Shown here piece after piece: positions 9,201 through 18,207 of a DNA stretch of 28,979 nt. Source of the stretch: Hormoscilla sp. (GTDB taxonomy: Bacteria > Cyanobacteriota > Cyanobacteriia > Cyanobacteriales > Desertifilaceae); assembly GCA_051439505.1 (NCBI GenBank), contig JBFRWI010000013.1, positions 1 to 28,979 of the forward strand, written 5' to 3'. The position numbers and the translations under genes are program-made. Numbering within the stretch: the stretch's first letter is position 1; every line of letters starts with the position of its first letter. Under the pieces are notes generated by a model that was not told the DNA's origin, did not search any database, and was given only the letters and a program-made list of their open reading frames with translations.

Positions 9201-10054
9201 TCCTTGACAAAAATCATGTGGGGAATATTCTCGATGATCGAGTTCAAAAACATTTGAAAATTGCGCTGCTCGCTCGATGCACTATCGGACCTATTCGGTA
9301 TGCGCAAAGCCCGATCGCTCAGATCCATGAGCATGCCATTCCAGAGAATACTCTCATCGGGAAGCAATTCTGGCCGAGAAGTTGTTTGCATCCACTTGAT
9401 ATTGCCCTCCGGAGTGATAATTCTTCCCGACCATTGCCAGGACTGTAGGGTTTGAGCTGAAACTGCAATTGAGGAGTAAAAATCTCCCCGGTCTTCTGGA
9501 TGCACCCGCTCGAACAGTCGGTCAGCATCCTGCATAATTTCCGATGCTGATATTTCCCACACTTCCCGACAGCTGGGACTAATATAGGGGAAGGACATAG
9601 AGCCATCAGGCCCGAGCAGCAATTGATAAATTATTCCCGGTATTTTGGCAACCAGCTTTTCTAACCTTGCCGTTTGGGTTTCTGTCTGCTTCTGGTGGGC
9701 GATCGCCATCACGGTAGTTAGCTGATAGTGGTGACCATCTTTTGTTCCTAGGGGGCAAGTTGTCACATAAACATCGGACAGAGCGCCATTTTTTTGTTCG
9801 ATCTGTCCAAAACCGGAAATTTTCTCCTGGCGGCGATCTAAGTGTAACTGCTGGCCCATCATAATTGGAATCTGTCGATCGATAGATTCTACCTTTGACC
9901 ATCCATAAAGTTTTTCGTAGGCGCGGTTCACTTCGATCAAATCTCCCTGCCGATCTGTAACGCACATAGCGATGTCTGTTGCGTCCCAGATCAGTGAGAT
10001 TATACCTACATCGGGAGTCTCTCTCCAGTCAGCTAGTTTTTGTCTTGCCATCAT
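6221..10054 (-). CDS. Multi-PAS, two-GAF sensor histidine kinase
   Basis: About 5 PAS/PAC repeats (DLSDR, DITERK, DISDRK, DVTEK), two GAF-like blocks, H-box AHEINNP, NQVFMNILSNAIDA, DNGIG, FDPFFTTK, GTGLGL. Confidence 0.93.
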   Translation of the reverse strand: MMARQKLADWRETPDVGIISLIWDATDIAMCVTDRQGDLIEVNRAYEKLYGWSKVESIDRQIPIMMGQQLHLDRRQEKISGFGQIEQKNGALSDVYVTTCPLGTKDGHHYQLTTVMAIAHQKQTETQTARLEKLVAKIPGIIYQLLLGPDGSMSFPYISPSCREVWEISASEIMQDADRLFERVHPEDRGDFYSSIAVSAQTLQSWQWSGRIITPEGNIKWMQTTSRPELLPDESILWNGMLMDLSDRALRIPNRSDSASSEQRNFQMFLNSIIENIPHMIFVKEVQELRYISLNKAGEELLGYSQAELLGKNDYDLFPPQQAEFFTQKDREVLNGGKLVDIPAEMIQTRHQGDRILHTKKIPLRDAAGKPKYLLGISEDITERKRAEAAKRESEERYRLMAENSTDLISRHTIDGVCLYVSPACRSLLGYEPEEIIGRSAYEFFHLRDLSGIKKTYDLIIKLPERCTIAYRIRRKDGKYIWFETTSRIIRDRSRNKAPEIVAVSRDISDRKQTEKALSESSQQLVNILESITDAFLALDREWRFRFLNSQAEKILSRSQSELMGQSIWEMFPETVGSTLERQLKSAVASQVTVEFAEYYPAFKVWLEVRAYPYEEGLSVYLRDVTEKQEKEAIEQELIASLQERSQLSTLAAEIGAALGQAGNLLAILDRCTEVLVEHLDAAGARIWTYNRDSRMLELQAIAGQMGAADPLKASIPLGISIVGVIALQQQPYQTNDVANDICIGPPEWVDKEQLVAFAGYPLAVEERLVGVLAVLGRHPFSEECRKTISWVANAIAMAIDRSWARTELLSRRESLLFGLANHIRRSLDLNTILETAVHEIRNLLNVDRCYFVWCWPHPRSPSLTVTHEAQDRDLPSLLGDYQIPNLSSLVQKIQHLETIQIDDITRQQSGNAESSILDSQLCAGGTTSLLLVPLETRTGQLGAIVCTHSSGARPWSDSEVELLQAACAQLAIAIDQAELYTQTRADAFRAQAQAQQLEEAYRKLQQTQAQLVQTEKMSSLGQMVAGVAHEINNPVNFITGNLVHTNNYIQDLLGLLELYQQHYPDPVPEISEEAEEIDVEFLMEDLPKMLNSMRVGSDRISDIVLSLRNFSRLDEAEKKRVDLHEGIDSTLMILQHRIKPKHGFNGIEVVKEYGQLPLVECYAGQLNQVFMNILSNAIDALDAASKEVCQPSIQIKTEVHEGKWVKMAIADNGIGIKSADRNRMFDPFFTTKPVGKGTGLGLSISYQIVVERHGGVLECHSEPGKGAEFIIQIPIA

Positions 10055-10385
10055 CTTAAGTACATTTTCTGCTTAATTATAACATATAAATCGCATATTT
10101 TACTTCCGAGCTGCGTAGGTAGTAAATGGTAATGTTCCCGAAGTAAGGTCTGAACTATACACAAGCACAGCTAGGGGATAATAATGAGAGACGATCCCGA
10201 CCGTTCCATAGATAGTAAGATCTTCTTTGGATCGGCACTATATCGATAGTCATTGCCTGGGCGTCAGCTCAATTCAAAATTGACTATTGATTTATACAAT
10301 AGCAATTATATCTCTCATCAAATTTTCACCTTATCTATCTGTATCATTATTTTAAAGATACTTGACCTGAGTTGATAGAGCGAAA

Positions 10386-10405
10386 AAGTCATGATATCAT
10401 GACTT
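10386..10405. promoter_or_regulatory. Perfect 20-bp palindrome, candidate operator
   Basis: AAGTCATGATATCATGACTT between the divergent kinase and ureD. Confidence 0.5.
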
Positions 10406-10447
10406 ACGCAAATTTTCTTTGGAGGACCGGTAGTGTCTGATGGACAG

Positions 10448-10515
10448 GGGTGCGGTGGGCGGTGCCCACCATCCGTGGGTGTGGTATTTTTTTACTGGTG
10501 AATTTCCGCACACCC
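10448..10515. mobile_element. MITE, copy 3 (68 bp, different interior)
   Basis: GGGTG...CACCC ends; perfect 9-bp TSD GATGGACAG at 10439-10447 and 10516-10524; contains hairpin GGTGGGCGGTGCCCACC. Confidence 0.82.
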
Positions 10516-10553
10516 GATGGACAGTGATCAATATAGTACCGATAGGTAAGTCA

Positions 10554-10562
10554 TGGTATAAT
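10554..10562 (+). promoter_or_regulatory. Extended -10 element upstream of ureD
   Basis: TGG-TATAAT ending 32 nt before the ureD ATG. Confidence 0.55.
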
Positions 10563-10594
10563 TATCTGGGCTGAGGGAAGATCGGGGAAAAGTC

Positions 10595-11434
10595 ATGGTA
10601 TTGGGCTCGCATCAGCAATGGCATGGTAGGTTGATCTTGGAGTTTGCCCAGCGCCACGGCAAAACTCAACTGCTGCCCCATATGGCCACAGCACCCTTGA
10701 GGGTGCAACGCCCATTTTATCCAGAAGGGGCTGATGTTTGTCATGCTGTTATCCTCCATACCGCTGGGGGCGTTGTCGGCGGCGATCGCCTCTCTATCGA
10801 TCTTAACCTGCAACCAGCGGCCCACAGTTTAATAACTACACCTGCGGCAACGAAGATTTATGGCAGCAATGGCTTCCTCGCTCAACAAACTATTCAGATT
10901 CAGCTGGGCACCGGTGCTACCTTAGAGTGGCTGCCCCAAGAAACAATTGTATTTAATGGTGCAGTTTACCGCCAAGACCTGCGGGTAGAATTGGCTTCAG
11001 GGGCCAAATGGCTGGGCTGGGAGATTACCCGTTTTGGGCGTACTGCCAGGGGAGAAAGATTCTCCCAGGGCAAGTGGCGAAGTCACCTGGAAATTTGGCA
11101 GCAGGGACGTCCCCTATGGATTGACAGGCAATTGGTACAGGGCCTCGCGGGTATGCTAGACAGTCACAATGGTTTAGCAGGACAATCAGTAGTAGGTACT
11201 TTCAGCCTTGTCGGACAACCAGTGACAGCTGAGATTGTACAGAAGGCCCGCAGGAGTATGAGATCGCAGGTCCATCAAGGGCTTGCAGGGGTCACCCGTT
11301 TGGCAGATGGGCTATTATGCCGATATCGCGGTGCTTCTACAGCTGAGGCCAGACAGTGGTTTACTCAGGTTTGGCACCTAGTGCGCCTGCACTGCTGCGG
11401 ACGCCCCGCCCAAAAGCCCAGAGTTTGGTATTAG
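10595..11434 (+). CDS. ureD: Urease accessory protein UreD
   Basis: APLRVQRPFYPEG, LHTAGGVVGGDRL, TTPAATKIY, LEWLPQETIVF, PRVW. Confidence 0.95.
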   Translation: MVLGSHQQWHGRLILEFAQRHGKTQLLPHMATAPLRVQRPFYPEGADVCHAVILHTAGGVVGGDRLSIDLNLQPAAHSLITTPAATKIYGSNGFLAQQTIQIQLGTGATLEWLPQETIVFNGAVYRQDLRVELASGAKWLGWEITRFGRTARGERFSQGKWRSHLEIWQQGRPLWIDRQLVQGLAGMLDSHNGLAGQSVVGTFSLVGQPVTAEIVQKARRSMRSQVHQGLAGVTRLADGLLCRYRGASTAEARQWFTQVWHLVRLHCCGRPAQKPRVWY

Positions 11435-11458
11435 TGATATCATAAATTGGCAACAGCA

Positions 11459-11767
11459 ATGAACAAAATTATTCCCATTGACATTTTCCTTGATAAGATA
11501 GCAGAATTTTGCCAACTGAACCAAATCCGCAAACTCTCACTTTTTGGATCTATTCTGCGCAGCGATTTTCGACCGGATAGCGACATCGATATGCTAGTAT
11601 AATTTATGCCGGGAAAGAGAATCTGGTTTTTAGGGTTAGCTGGTCTGGAAATTGAACTAACCGAAATGCTAGGGCGGAAAGTAGATTTGCGAACGCCAGC
11701 GGAGTTAAGTCGCTATTTCCGCGATCGAGTTCTGAAGGAGGCTGAAGAGTTGTATGTTCATAGATGA
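11459..11767 (+). pseudogene. Minimal nucleotidyltransferase (MNT antitoxin) with a nonsense codon
   Basis: MNKII...[26 protein letters not shown]...MLGRKVDLRT...; TAA at 11600-11602 where Glu is expected; absent from the ORF track. Confidence 0.88.
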
Positions 11768-11926
11768 CCCAGTCCGCAAATACCATGGCCACAAATAATC
11801 AGTATGAGAAATAGCCTCATCCACGCTGACTTGGAAATAGATTTAGATGCTGTTTGGGATAGGGTAACAGAGGAGATACCAATGTTGATAATAGAACTAG
11901 AACAAATCATTACAGAGTCGGAATAA
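11754..11926 (+). pseudogene. HEPN/DUF86 toxin remnant with an internal deletion
   Basis: MFIDDPVR joined out of frame to PQIPWPQIISMRNSLIHADLEIDLDAVWD...; R-X4-H motif retained, middle of gene missing. Confidence 0.82.
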
Positions 11927-11928
11927 AC

Positions 11929-12231
11929 ATGCAACTCTCACCCCAAGAAAAAGACAAGCTGCTGATTTTTACCGCTTCTTTGTTAGCGGAACGACGGAAG
12001 GCCAAAGGCTTAAAATTAAACTATCCCGAAGCTGTTGCCTATATTTCGGCAGCCATATTGGAAGGTGCTCGGGAAGGACGTACCGTAGCTGAGTTAATGC
12101 GCTCTGGAACTACCTTACTGACCCGGGATGATGTCATGGAAGGTATTCCCGAAATGTTGCCGGAGGTACAGGTGGAGGCGACTTTCCCTGATGGTACCAA
12201 GCTGGTGACCGTTCATAATCCCATTCTTTAG
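11929..12231 (+). CDS. ureA: Urease gamma subunit
   Basis: [12 protein letters not shown]...LNYPEA...[20 protein letters not shown]. Confidence 0.98.
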   Translation: MQLSPQEKDKLLIFTASLLAERRKAKGLKLNYPEAVAYISAAILEGAREGRTVAELMRSGTTLLTRDDVMEGIPEMLPEVQVEATFPDGTKLVTVHNPIL

Positions 12232-12259
12232 CTAGTTTTACTCCTCAAGGATCGCGCTG

Positions 12260-13342
12260 ATGAACAAGTTGCTGACAATCATCAAATTACTGGTGCCAGT
12301 AGCCTCGATATTAGCTGGGTTTATAGTTGGCTCAGTTTTGGAGAGACGTGTGCTTGCCAAGCTGCACGCCATTGCTAATAAAAATGGATGGCAAGGCTAT
12401 GAAATCTTCTTTAAATCCCTACGCCGTATTACCTTGCTGTGGTGTATCATTGGCGGGATATTTGGCGCAACTCTTAGCTTTCCCATTAATCAGGGACTGC
12501 TGATAACTATCCACAAAACTCTACTGGCAACTCTCTTAGGTTCAGCCACCATAGTCGTGGCTAGACTGGCTGTCAAGTTTATCGAACTTTATTATAGCAA
12601 CACTGTAGAAGGTGCTTCACCTTTAACATCTTTATTGGAAAACTTGACAAAAATTGCTATCTATAGTATCGGATTTTTGATAATTCTTCAGTCGATCGGG
12701 GTAGGGATTACACCCCTGTTGACGGCCCTGGGGGTGGGGGGTGTTTCCATTGGTCTTGCCCTCCAGAATACTCTATCTAATCTATTTTCGGGTCTGAATA
12801 TTATTACTTCCAAAAAAGTGAGGCCAGGAGACTATATCCAGATGGAAACTGGTGAGGAAGGTTATGTCATAGATGTAGCATGGCGATATACAATCGTCCG
12901 GGAAATACCAGACAATTTCATCGTGATTCCCAATGCCAAGATTGTTTCTTCTACTTTCAAAAACTATAGTTTTCCGGAGCGGGAAATGCTATTATTAATT
13001 GATCTGGGTATTAGTTATGATAGCGACTTGGAAAAGGTGGAAGCGGTAACTCTAGAGGTTGCGAGGAAAATCATGCAGGAAGTTGCTGGTGGCGTGCCAG
13101 AATATGAACCATTTCTGCGCTACGAACAGTTTGGTTATTTTAGCATTAATTGTACGGTATACTTAAGGGTAAAAGAATATTTCGACCATTTATTGGTGAG
13201 ACATGAGTTTATCAAAAGGTTGCATAAGCGCTATCAAATAGAAGGGATTAAAATACCATTTCCCATTAAAACAGTTTATCTTCCCGGTGACGGCGAAAAT
13301 ACCAGTTTCAAGTTATCATATAGGAAAAATGGAAAATGGTGA
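12260..13342 (+). CDS. MscS-family mechanosensitive channel
   Basis: Several TM helices, [55 protein letters not shown]. Confidence 0.92.
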   Translation: MNKLLTIIKLLVPVASILAGFIVGSVLERRVLAKLHAIANKNGWQGYEIFFKSLRRITLLWCIIGGIFGATLSFPINQGLLITIHKTLLATLLGSATIVVARLAVKFIELYYSNTVEGASPLTSLLENLTKIAIYSIGFLIILQSIGVGITPLLTALGVGGVSIGLALQNTLSNLFSGLNIITSKKVRPGDYIQMETGEEGYVIDVAWRYTIVREIPDNFIVIPNAKIVSSTFKNYSFPEREMLLLIDLGISYDSDLEKVEAVTLEVARKIMQEVAGGVPEYEPFLRYEQFGYFSINCTVYLRVKEYFDHLLVRHEFIKRLHKRYQIEGIKIPFPIKTVYLPGDGENTSFKLSYRKNGKW

Positions 13343-13379
13343 AGGGGAAGTGGGACATGATATTAGCAAGGAGGAAGAG

Positions 13380-13700
13380 ATGATTCCAGGAGAAATGATT
13401 GTCAAAGCAGGAGAAATATTATTGAATGACGGACGGAAGACGCTCAGTTTGCGGGTGGCGTCAACAGGCGATCGGCCCATCCAAGTAGGTTCGCACTTTC
13501 ACTTTTACGAGGTGAATGCAGCATTGAAGTTTGACAGAGAACGGGTGCGAGGGATGCGATTGAATATTCCAGCTGGCACGGCAGTTAGGTTTGAACCGGG
13601 GGACGATCGGGAGGTAGAATTAGTAGAGTTTGTGGGAACTCGTGAGGTTTATGGCTTCAATGGGAAAATTAATGGTCCCTGTCAACATCAGGTCGAATAA
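13380..13700 (+). CDS. ureB: Urease beta subunit
   Basis: MIPGE...[17 protein letters not shown]...[23 protein letters not shown] before ATG 13380. Confidence 0.97.
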   Translation: MIPGEMIVKAGEILLNDGRKTLSLRVASTGDRPIQVGSHFHFYEVNAALKFDRERVRGMRLNIPAGTAVRFEPGDDREVELVEFVGTREVYGFNGKINGPCQHQVE

Positions 13701-13823
13701 TCTACTGTTTCCTTTGTCAATGGCCGATCGGCCAGTATCTGACTATAACACAAAAACAGTTTTAACTACAGGCCGATCGCCTTTTTTTGTGGGCGATCGC
13801 CTTCTGACAGCACCTCCTTATTA

Positions 13824-14018
13824 CTATACCTTTTGTTTGGCACCATTGTACTTGCGTTCCAGACGTTGACGACGTTGGCGACAGAGTTCCACTTCTGCCA
13901 TCGCTATCAATTCATCCAGTGCCAGACCGAAAAGATCCAACTGTCGGTTGCTTTCCCGTAACCGCTCAACATTTCGTCTTCTCGTCTCTGCATCAGGGAT
14001 TTTTTTTTCTACATTCAT
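13824..14018 (-). CDS. Small helical hypothetical protein
   Basis: 64-aa charged ORF co-oriented downstream of 14069-14590; no motif recognised. Confidence 0.55.
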   Translation of the reverse strand: MNVEKKIPDAETRRRNVERLRESNRQLDLFGLALDELIAMAEVELCRQRRQRLERKYNGAKQKV

Positions 14019-14068
14019 GGTATGTTTCAACAACTTTTTACTTCATAATACCATAAAATCCTGTCATA

Positions 14069-14590
14069 TCAACTCTCCCTTTCAAAACTCCAATCATCAC
14101 CACCTAGGAGTTGACTGAATTCTTCATAGATGACATCCCGCAATGTTGACTCTGAATGGGAATATGTCAAATCCAGGAGTTTCTTGGCTATACTGATAAT
14201 CTGCGCCTTGTCTACTATCTCTAAGAGTTGCGATGGATCATAGACTCCATTGGCAACTTCACCGCTGGCTGATAAAATGGCATCCTTGAACCCATTCTCC
14301 AAGAAAGAATCCCATTCATCTTGCTTGATGTAATGAGATTTTTTATTGTCCATCAAATTCAAATCTTGAATCTCAATCACAGAGTAGCATATAGAGGCCG
14401 CCCAAGAATTAGTCAAGCGTTGCTCGACATGGTTTTTGATCAAATGAGCTATCATCCGGATCAGATAACTCTTGATATTTCGTAATGTAGCTTTTTTACT
14501 CATCCATTCTAGGTCATCAACGATCGCCAAAGCCTCCTGATAACGTCCGGCCATGATGGAATTCCTTAAATCAATCAGTTCTTGCGTCAT
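14069..14590 (-). CDS. DUF29-like cyanobacterial protein
   Basis: MTQELIDLRNSI...LEWMSKK...HLIKNHVEQRLTNSWAASI; ATG 14590 avoids overlap with the divergent gene. Confidence 0.7.
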   Translation of the reverse strand: MTQELIDLRNSIMAGRYQEALAIVDDLEWMSKKATLRNIKSYLIRMIAHLIKNHVEQRLTNSWAASICYSVIEIQDLNLMDNKKSHYIKQDEWDSFLENGFKDAILSASGEVANGVYDPSQLLEIVDKAQIISIAKKLLDLTYSHSESTLRDVIYEEFSQLLGGDDWSFERES

Positions 14591-14641
14591 CCCTAATCTC
14601 CAGTAACTGCTATAATCGAGATTGTCGAACTTAAAACAAAA

Positions 14642-16165
14642 ATGCAAACCCTGGCTCAAACTGAACCGAAACTGGCAGACCTGAAATCTCGCCTTACCGA
14701 AATCCATGATATCAATGCCGCTGCGTCCGTACTACAGTGGGACCAGGCCACCTATATGCCCCCAGGAGGCGCAGCGGCACGAGGACGCCAAATGGCCACC
14801 CTCCACCAAATTGCTCACGAAAAGTTTACCTCAAAGGCGATCGGTCAACTCCTAGAAGACTTACGTTCCTATGAAGAGAGCCTTCCCTATGATAACTCAG
14901 AGGCTAGCGAGATCCGGATCGCCCGCCGCAACTACGATCGGGCGGTGCGAGTCCCTTCTGACTTTATGGCCAAATTCTCCAGCCATTGTGCCGCCTCCTA
15001 CAATGCTTGGCAGAAAGCACGACCGGAAAATAACTTTGCCGTCGTACAGCCTTACCTGGAAAAAACCCTGGAATTCAGCCGGGAATATGCTAACTTCTTT
15101 CTAGGTTACGATCATATCGCCGACCCGCTGATCGATCGCAGAGATTATGGCATGAAAGCAGCAACAGTGCGATCGCTATTTGCCGAGTTGCGCCAGCAGC
15201 TTGTCCCGATCGTGGAAAAAATCACTTCCCAACCACCGGCGGACGACGCTTGCTTGCACCAACATTTCCCCGAGACCCAGCAGCTAGCCTTTTGCCATCA
15301 GGTAATAGAAAAATTGGGCTATGACTTCGGGCGGGGGCGTCTAGACAAAACCCCCCATCCCTTTACCACCTTTTTCGGTCTTGGGGACGTGCGCATTACC
15401 CTCCGCGTCAAGGAAAATAATTTGGCGGAAGCATTCTCCTGCACCATCCACGAAATGGGTCATGCTTTGTACGGACAAGGTATCGACCCCGCCTTTGAAG
15501 CTACGCCCCTCGCTCATGGCGCTTCCACTGGCGTCCATGAAAGTCAGTCGCGACTGTGGGAAAATCTGGTGGGACGCAGTCGCCAGTTCTGGATCCACTT
15601 CTATCCTCAACTGCAAACTTTCTTCCCCAGTCAATTAGGAAATGTTTCTCTGGAGACATTCTATCGCGCAATCAATAAAGTAGAGCGATCGCTCATCCGC
15701 ACCGACGCCGACGAAGTTACCTATAACCTCCATGTCATGATTCGCTTCGATCTAGAATTACAGTTACTAGAAGGCACTTTAGCAGTGCGGGACCTTCCCG
15801 AAGCCTGGAACGAACGTTATAGGTCCGACCTAGGCGTCGTTCCCGAGAGTGACAGCGAAGGAGTAATGCAAGATGTCCATTGGTACGGTGACACGATCGG
15901 GGGTTTATTCCAAGGATACACCCTCGGCAACCTCATGAGCGCCCAGTTTTATCAAGCGGCACTCAAAGCACAACCAGAAATTTCCGCAAACATTAACAAT
16001 GGCGACTACACAATGCTCCATAATTGGTTAAAGGATAACATTTACCAACATGGTTGCAAATGGACCCCAACTGAATTGATCGATCGCGTCACCGGCAGCG
16101 ACGTGACCATCTCCCCCTTTATCAGCTACATCCAGCATAAATACGGGGAACTCTACTCACTTTAA
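14642..16165 (+). CDS. M32 family carboxypeptidase
   Basis: WDQATYMP, HPF, DVRIT, HEMGH, HESQSRLWEN, IRTDADE, QDVHW. Confidence 0.95.
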   Translation: MQTLAQTEPKLADLKSRLTEIHDINAAASVLQWDQATYMPPGGAAARGRQMATLHQIAHEKFTSKAIGQLLEDLRSYEESLPYDNSEASEIRIARRNYDRAVRVPSDFMAKFSSHCAASYNAWQKARPENNFAVVQPYLEKTLEFSREYANFFLGYDHIADPLIDRRDYGMKAATVRSLFAELRQQLVPIVEKITSQPPADDACLHQHFPETQQLAFCHQVIEKLGYDFGRGRLDKTPHPFTTFFGLGDVRITLRVKENNLAEAFSCTIHEMGHALYGQGIDPAFEATPLAHGASTGVHESQSRLWENLVGRSRQFWIHFYPQLQTFFPSQLGNVSLETFYRAINKVERSLIRTDADEVTYNLHVMIRFDLELQLLEGTLAVRDLPEAWNERYRSDLGVVPESDSEGVMQDVHWYGDTIGGLFQGYTLGNLMSAQFYQAALKAQPEISANINNGDYTMLHNWLKDNIYQHGCKWTPTELIDRVTGSDVTISPFISYIQHKYGELYSL

Positions 16166-16185
16166 TCTCCTCTTTGCCCATGAAT

Positions 16186-16270
16186 GTAGGGTGGGCACCG
16201 CCCACCACCCAAGGACTAAAGTCCTTACTACAAACCTCTGACAAACCTCTGACAAACTTCTGACAAACTT
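16186..16270. repeat. Convergent pair of GTAG-led REP-like hairpins plus an 11-bp tandem repeat
   Basis: GTAG-GGTGGGC-acc-GCCCACC (16186-16206); AAGGACT-aa-AGTCCTT-ACTAC (16211-16231); ACAAAC(C/T)TCTG x3.7 (16230-16270). Confidence 0.75.
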
Positions 16271-16509
16271 ATGGTTCATTCACAACAGTCGAACGTGTTT
16301 GGGAATACTAAGGTCTCTGTCTGTAATTCGACAACCCTGCTAAAGCAAGCCCAAACCGACATTTTAAGGATCTTCGCTTGGATCCCCCCCGTTAGCGCAG
16401 CGGTGCGACGCAGGAGCACTAGCAATCTCACCCCCCTCGCAATGACAACTTATATGCTTAACTGTATAATAGGAAAAGCTTTGTCCTGTATTGTCTAACA
16501 GAAGAGAAA

Positions 16510-17325
16510 ATGTATCAAAAAGTCAAGCAACGCACATATGAAATCCTCGAACTAGCGCCCCCAGGAGATCTCGCTAGTACGATCTTCGATGTCTTCATCA
16601 TGACCTTAATTTTTCTCAACTTAATCGCTGTCGCGCTGGAGACAGTAGAAAGTATTTGGTTGCAATACCAAGTAACCCTAGAATATTTTGAAATATTCTC
16701 GGTGATTGTGTTTACTATAGAATATGGATTACGCATCTGGTCCTGTACAGTAGTAGAGGAATTCCAAGATCCAGTTAAGGGTCGAATCAAATTCATCCTC
16801 ACCCCCTTAGCTTTGATAGATATCTTGGCGATTTTGCCATTTTACTTGCCCCTGTTTATTTCCGATTTAAGATTTGTCAGGTCTCTGCGTCTATTTAGAC
16901 TCCTGCGCATCTTAAAACTGGGCAGATATAATGAGTCATTGAAAACTCTTGGATATGTCATAAAATCTAAAAAAGAAGACTTGATCGTCATTTTTTCAAC
17001 AGTGTTAATCCTGTTGTTCTTAGCATCAAGTTTGATATACTTTGTGGAACATGAAGCACAACCTGAAGCTTTCCCCAGTATTCCCCAGTCGATGTGGTGG
17101 GGAGTCATTACCTTAACTACTGTCGGTTACGGTGATGTTTATCCCGTCACTCTTCTGGGTAAGTTGATGGCAGCAATGTTAGCAATTTTGGGCATTGGCT
17201 TTTTTGCATTACCCGCAGGGATCCTCGCTTCCGGTTTCGCCGAGGAAGTGGAAGCCAGGCGAAATCAAAAAATCCAACCACAAGCAAAAATTTGCCCTCA
17301 CTGTGGAAAAGAAATCCATGAGTAA
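16510..17325 (+). CDS. Voltage-gated-type potassium channel (6TM)
   Basis: S4 RFVRSLRLFRLLRILKLGR, pore TLTTVGYGD, C-terminal CPHCG. Confidence 0.93.
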   Translation: MYQKVKQRTYEILELAPPGDLASTIFDVFIMTLIFLNLIAVALETVESIWLQYQVTLEYFEIFSVIVFTIEYGLRIWSCTVVEEFQDPVKGRIKFILTPLALIDILAILPFYLPLFISDLRFVRSLRLFRLLRILKLGRYNESLKTLGYVIKSKKEDLIVIFSTVLILLFLASSLIYFVEHEAQPEAFPSIPQSMWWGVITLTTVGYGDVYPVTLLGKLMAAMLAILGIGFFALPAGILASGFAEEVEARRNQKIQPQAKICPHCGKEIHE

Positions 17326-17327
17326 GG

Positions 17328-18107
17328 TTACACAAAGCGCGTCAGTCCGAGGCGATAGCGTTGCTTTTTGGTGACGCTAACTTCGCCCACTTCCAGGCGT
17401 CCTTTACCGCGAATGGCGATTAAATCTCCGGGTTTGACCTGATAAGAACTGCTAGTGACTTCTTTCCAGTTGACGCGCACGTCTCCAGCATTAATTAAAT
17501 CTACCATTTTGCTGCGGGACATGCCAAACCCGGCTGAAGCGATCGCATCCAACCGCAGGGACGCCTCTACCGTAGTTAACTGCTTCTTTTTCGGTTCTCG
17601 AATCTTCAGTTCGCTCAACTCAATGCGTCTAGTGGTCACTGGCACCGATCGCACCTTAACCAAATGCATCTCCAGAAACTCTACCATCTCTGGCACCACG
17701 ATCGCCTGAGCCCCCCGTTCCCCCAGCACAATAATATCACCCGTTTTTTCCCGCACAATCCCCATTCCCAGCATCGCACCCAGAAAATCCCGATGACTGG
17801 CAGTATCAAACAGAAAATTGCCCGCAATCTCTAAAGCTATCACCTCAATGTTAGTAGAGTCTAAAGGAATTTCTTCTCGGGCGATCGCCAATCTTTTCCG
17901 TTCCGCTTGCGGATAACCACCCCAAGCTACCAGCTTCACCTCAGTTAACTGTCCCAACAGCTGCTGGGACTCAGCCAGTACCGGTGGTTCCAGAAAATCC
18001 GTCAGCACCACCTCCCAGGTTTTAATCGCCTGGTCCGCCAAATCGATCGATCGGGCCACCGCTTCTCGATTTTCCACAGCTTTTAGCAGTTCTTCCCTTG
18101 GTAACAT
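17328..18107 (-). CDS. Photosystem II S4 domain protein (YlmH/Sll1252 family)
   Basis: GGYPQAERKR, SHRDFLGA, GDIIV, ASLRLDAIASAGFGMSR, GDLIAIRGKGR. Confidence 0.92.
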   Translation of the reverse strand: MLPREELLKAVENREAVARSIDLADQAIKTWEVVLTDFLEPPVLAESQQLLGQLTEVKLVAWGGYPQAERKRLAIAREEIPLDSTNIEVIALEIAGNFLFDTASHRDFLGAMLGMGIVREKTGDIIVLGERGAQAIVVPEMVEFLEMHLVKVRSVPVTTRRIELSELKIREPKKKQLTTVEASLRLDAIASAGFGMSRSKMVDLINAGDVRVNWKEVTSSSYQVKPGDLIAIRGKGRLEVGEVSVTKKQRYRLGLTRFV

Positions 18108-18151
18108 TTCTTCTCATTCACTACAACATCTGCATCCCACCCTCTCTATCT

Positions 18152-18199
18152 GACAGGGAAGACGTCTGTCCTATACAACCAGCGTCTCCCCTGTCCTAC
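18152..18199 (-). repeat. GTAG-led REP-like inverted repeat
   Basis: Minus strand GTAG-GACAGGGGAGACG...CGTCTTCCCTGTC. Confidence 0.55.
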
Positions 18200-18207
18200 T
18201 GGACCAG

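Noticed and set aside
10341..10361. GTATC-N11-GATAC as an NtcA or NikR site for urease
   Set aside because: Spacing fits neither GTA-N8-TAC nor the GTATGA-N16-TCATAC NikR pattern
16230..16270. Possible CRISPR array (also 28543-28616)
   Set aside because: Units are 11-17 bp without unique 25-45-bp spacers; no cas genes
16271..16498. 75-aa ORF, and the many antisense/overlapping short ORFs inside long genes
   Set aside because: No recognisable motifs; they lie in repeat debris or shadow well-supported CDSs
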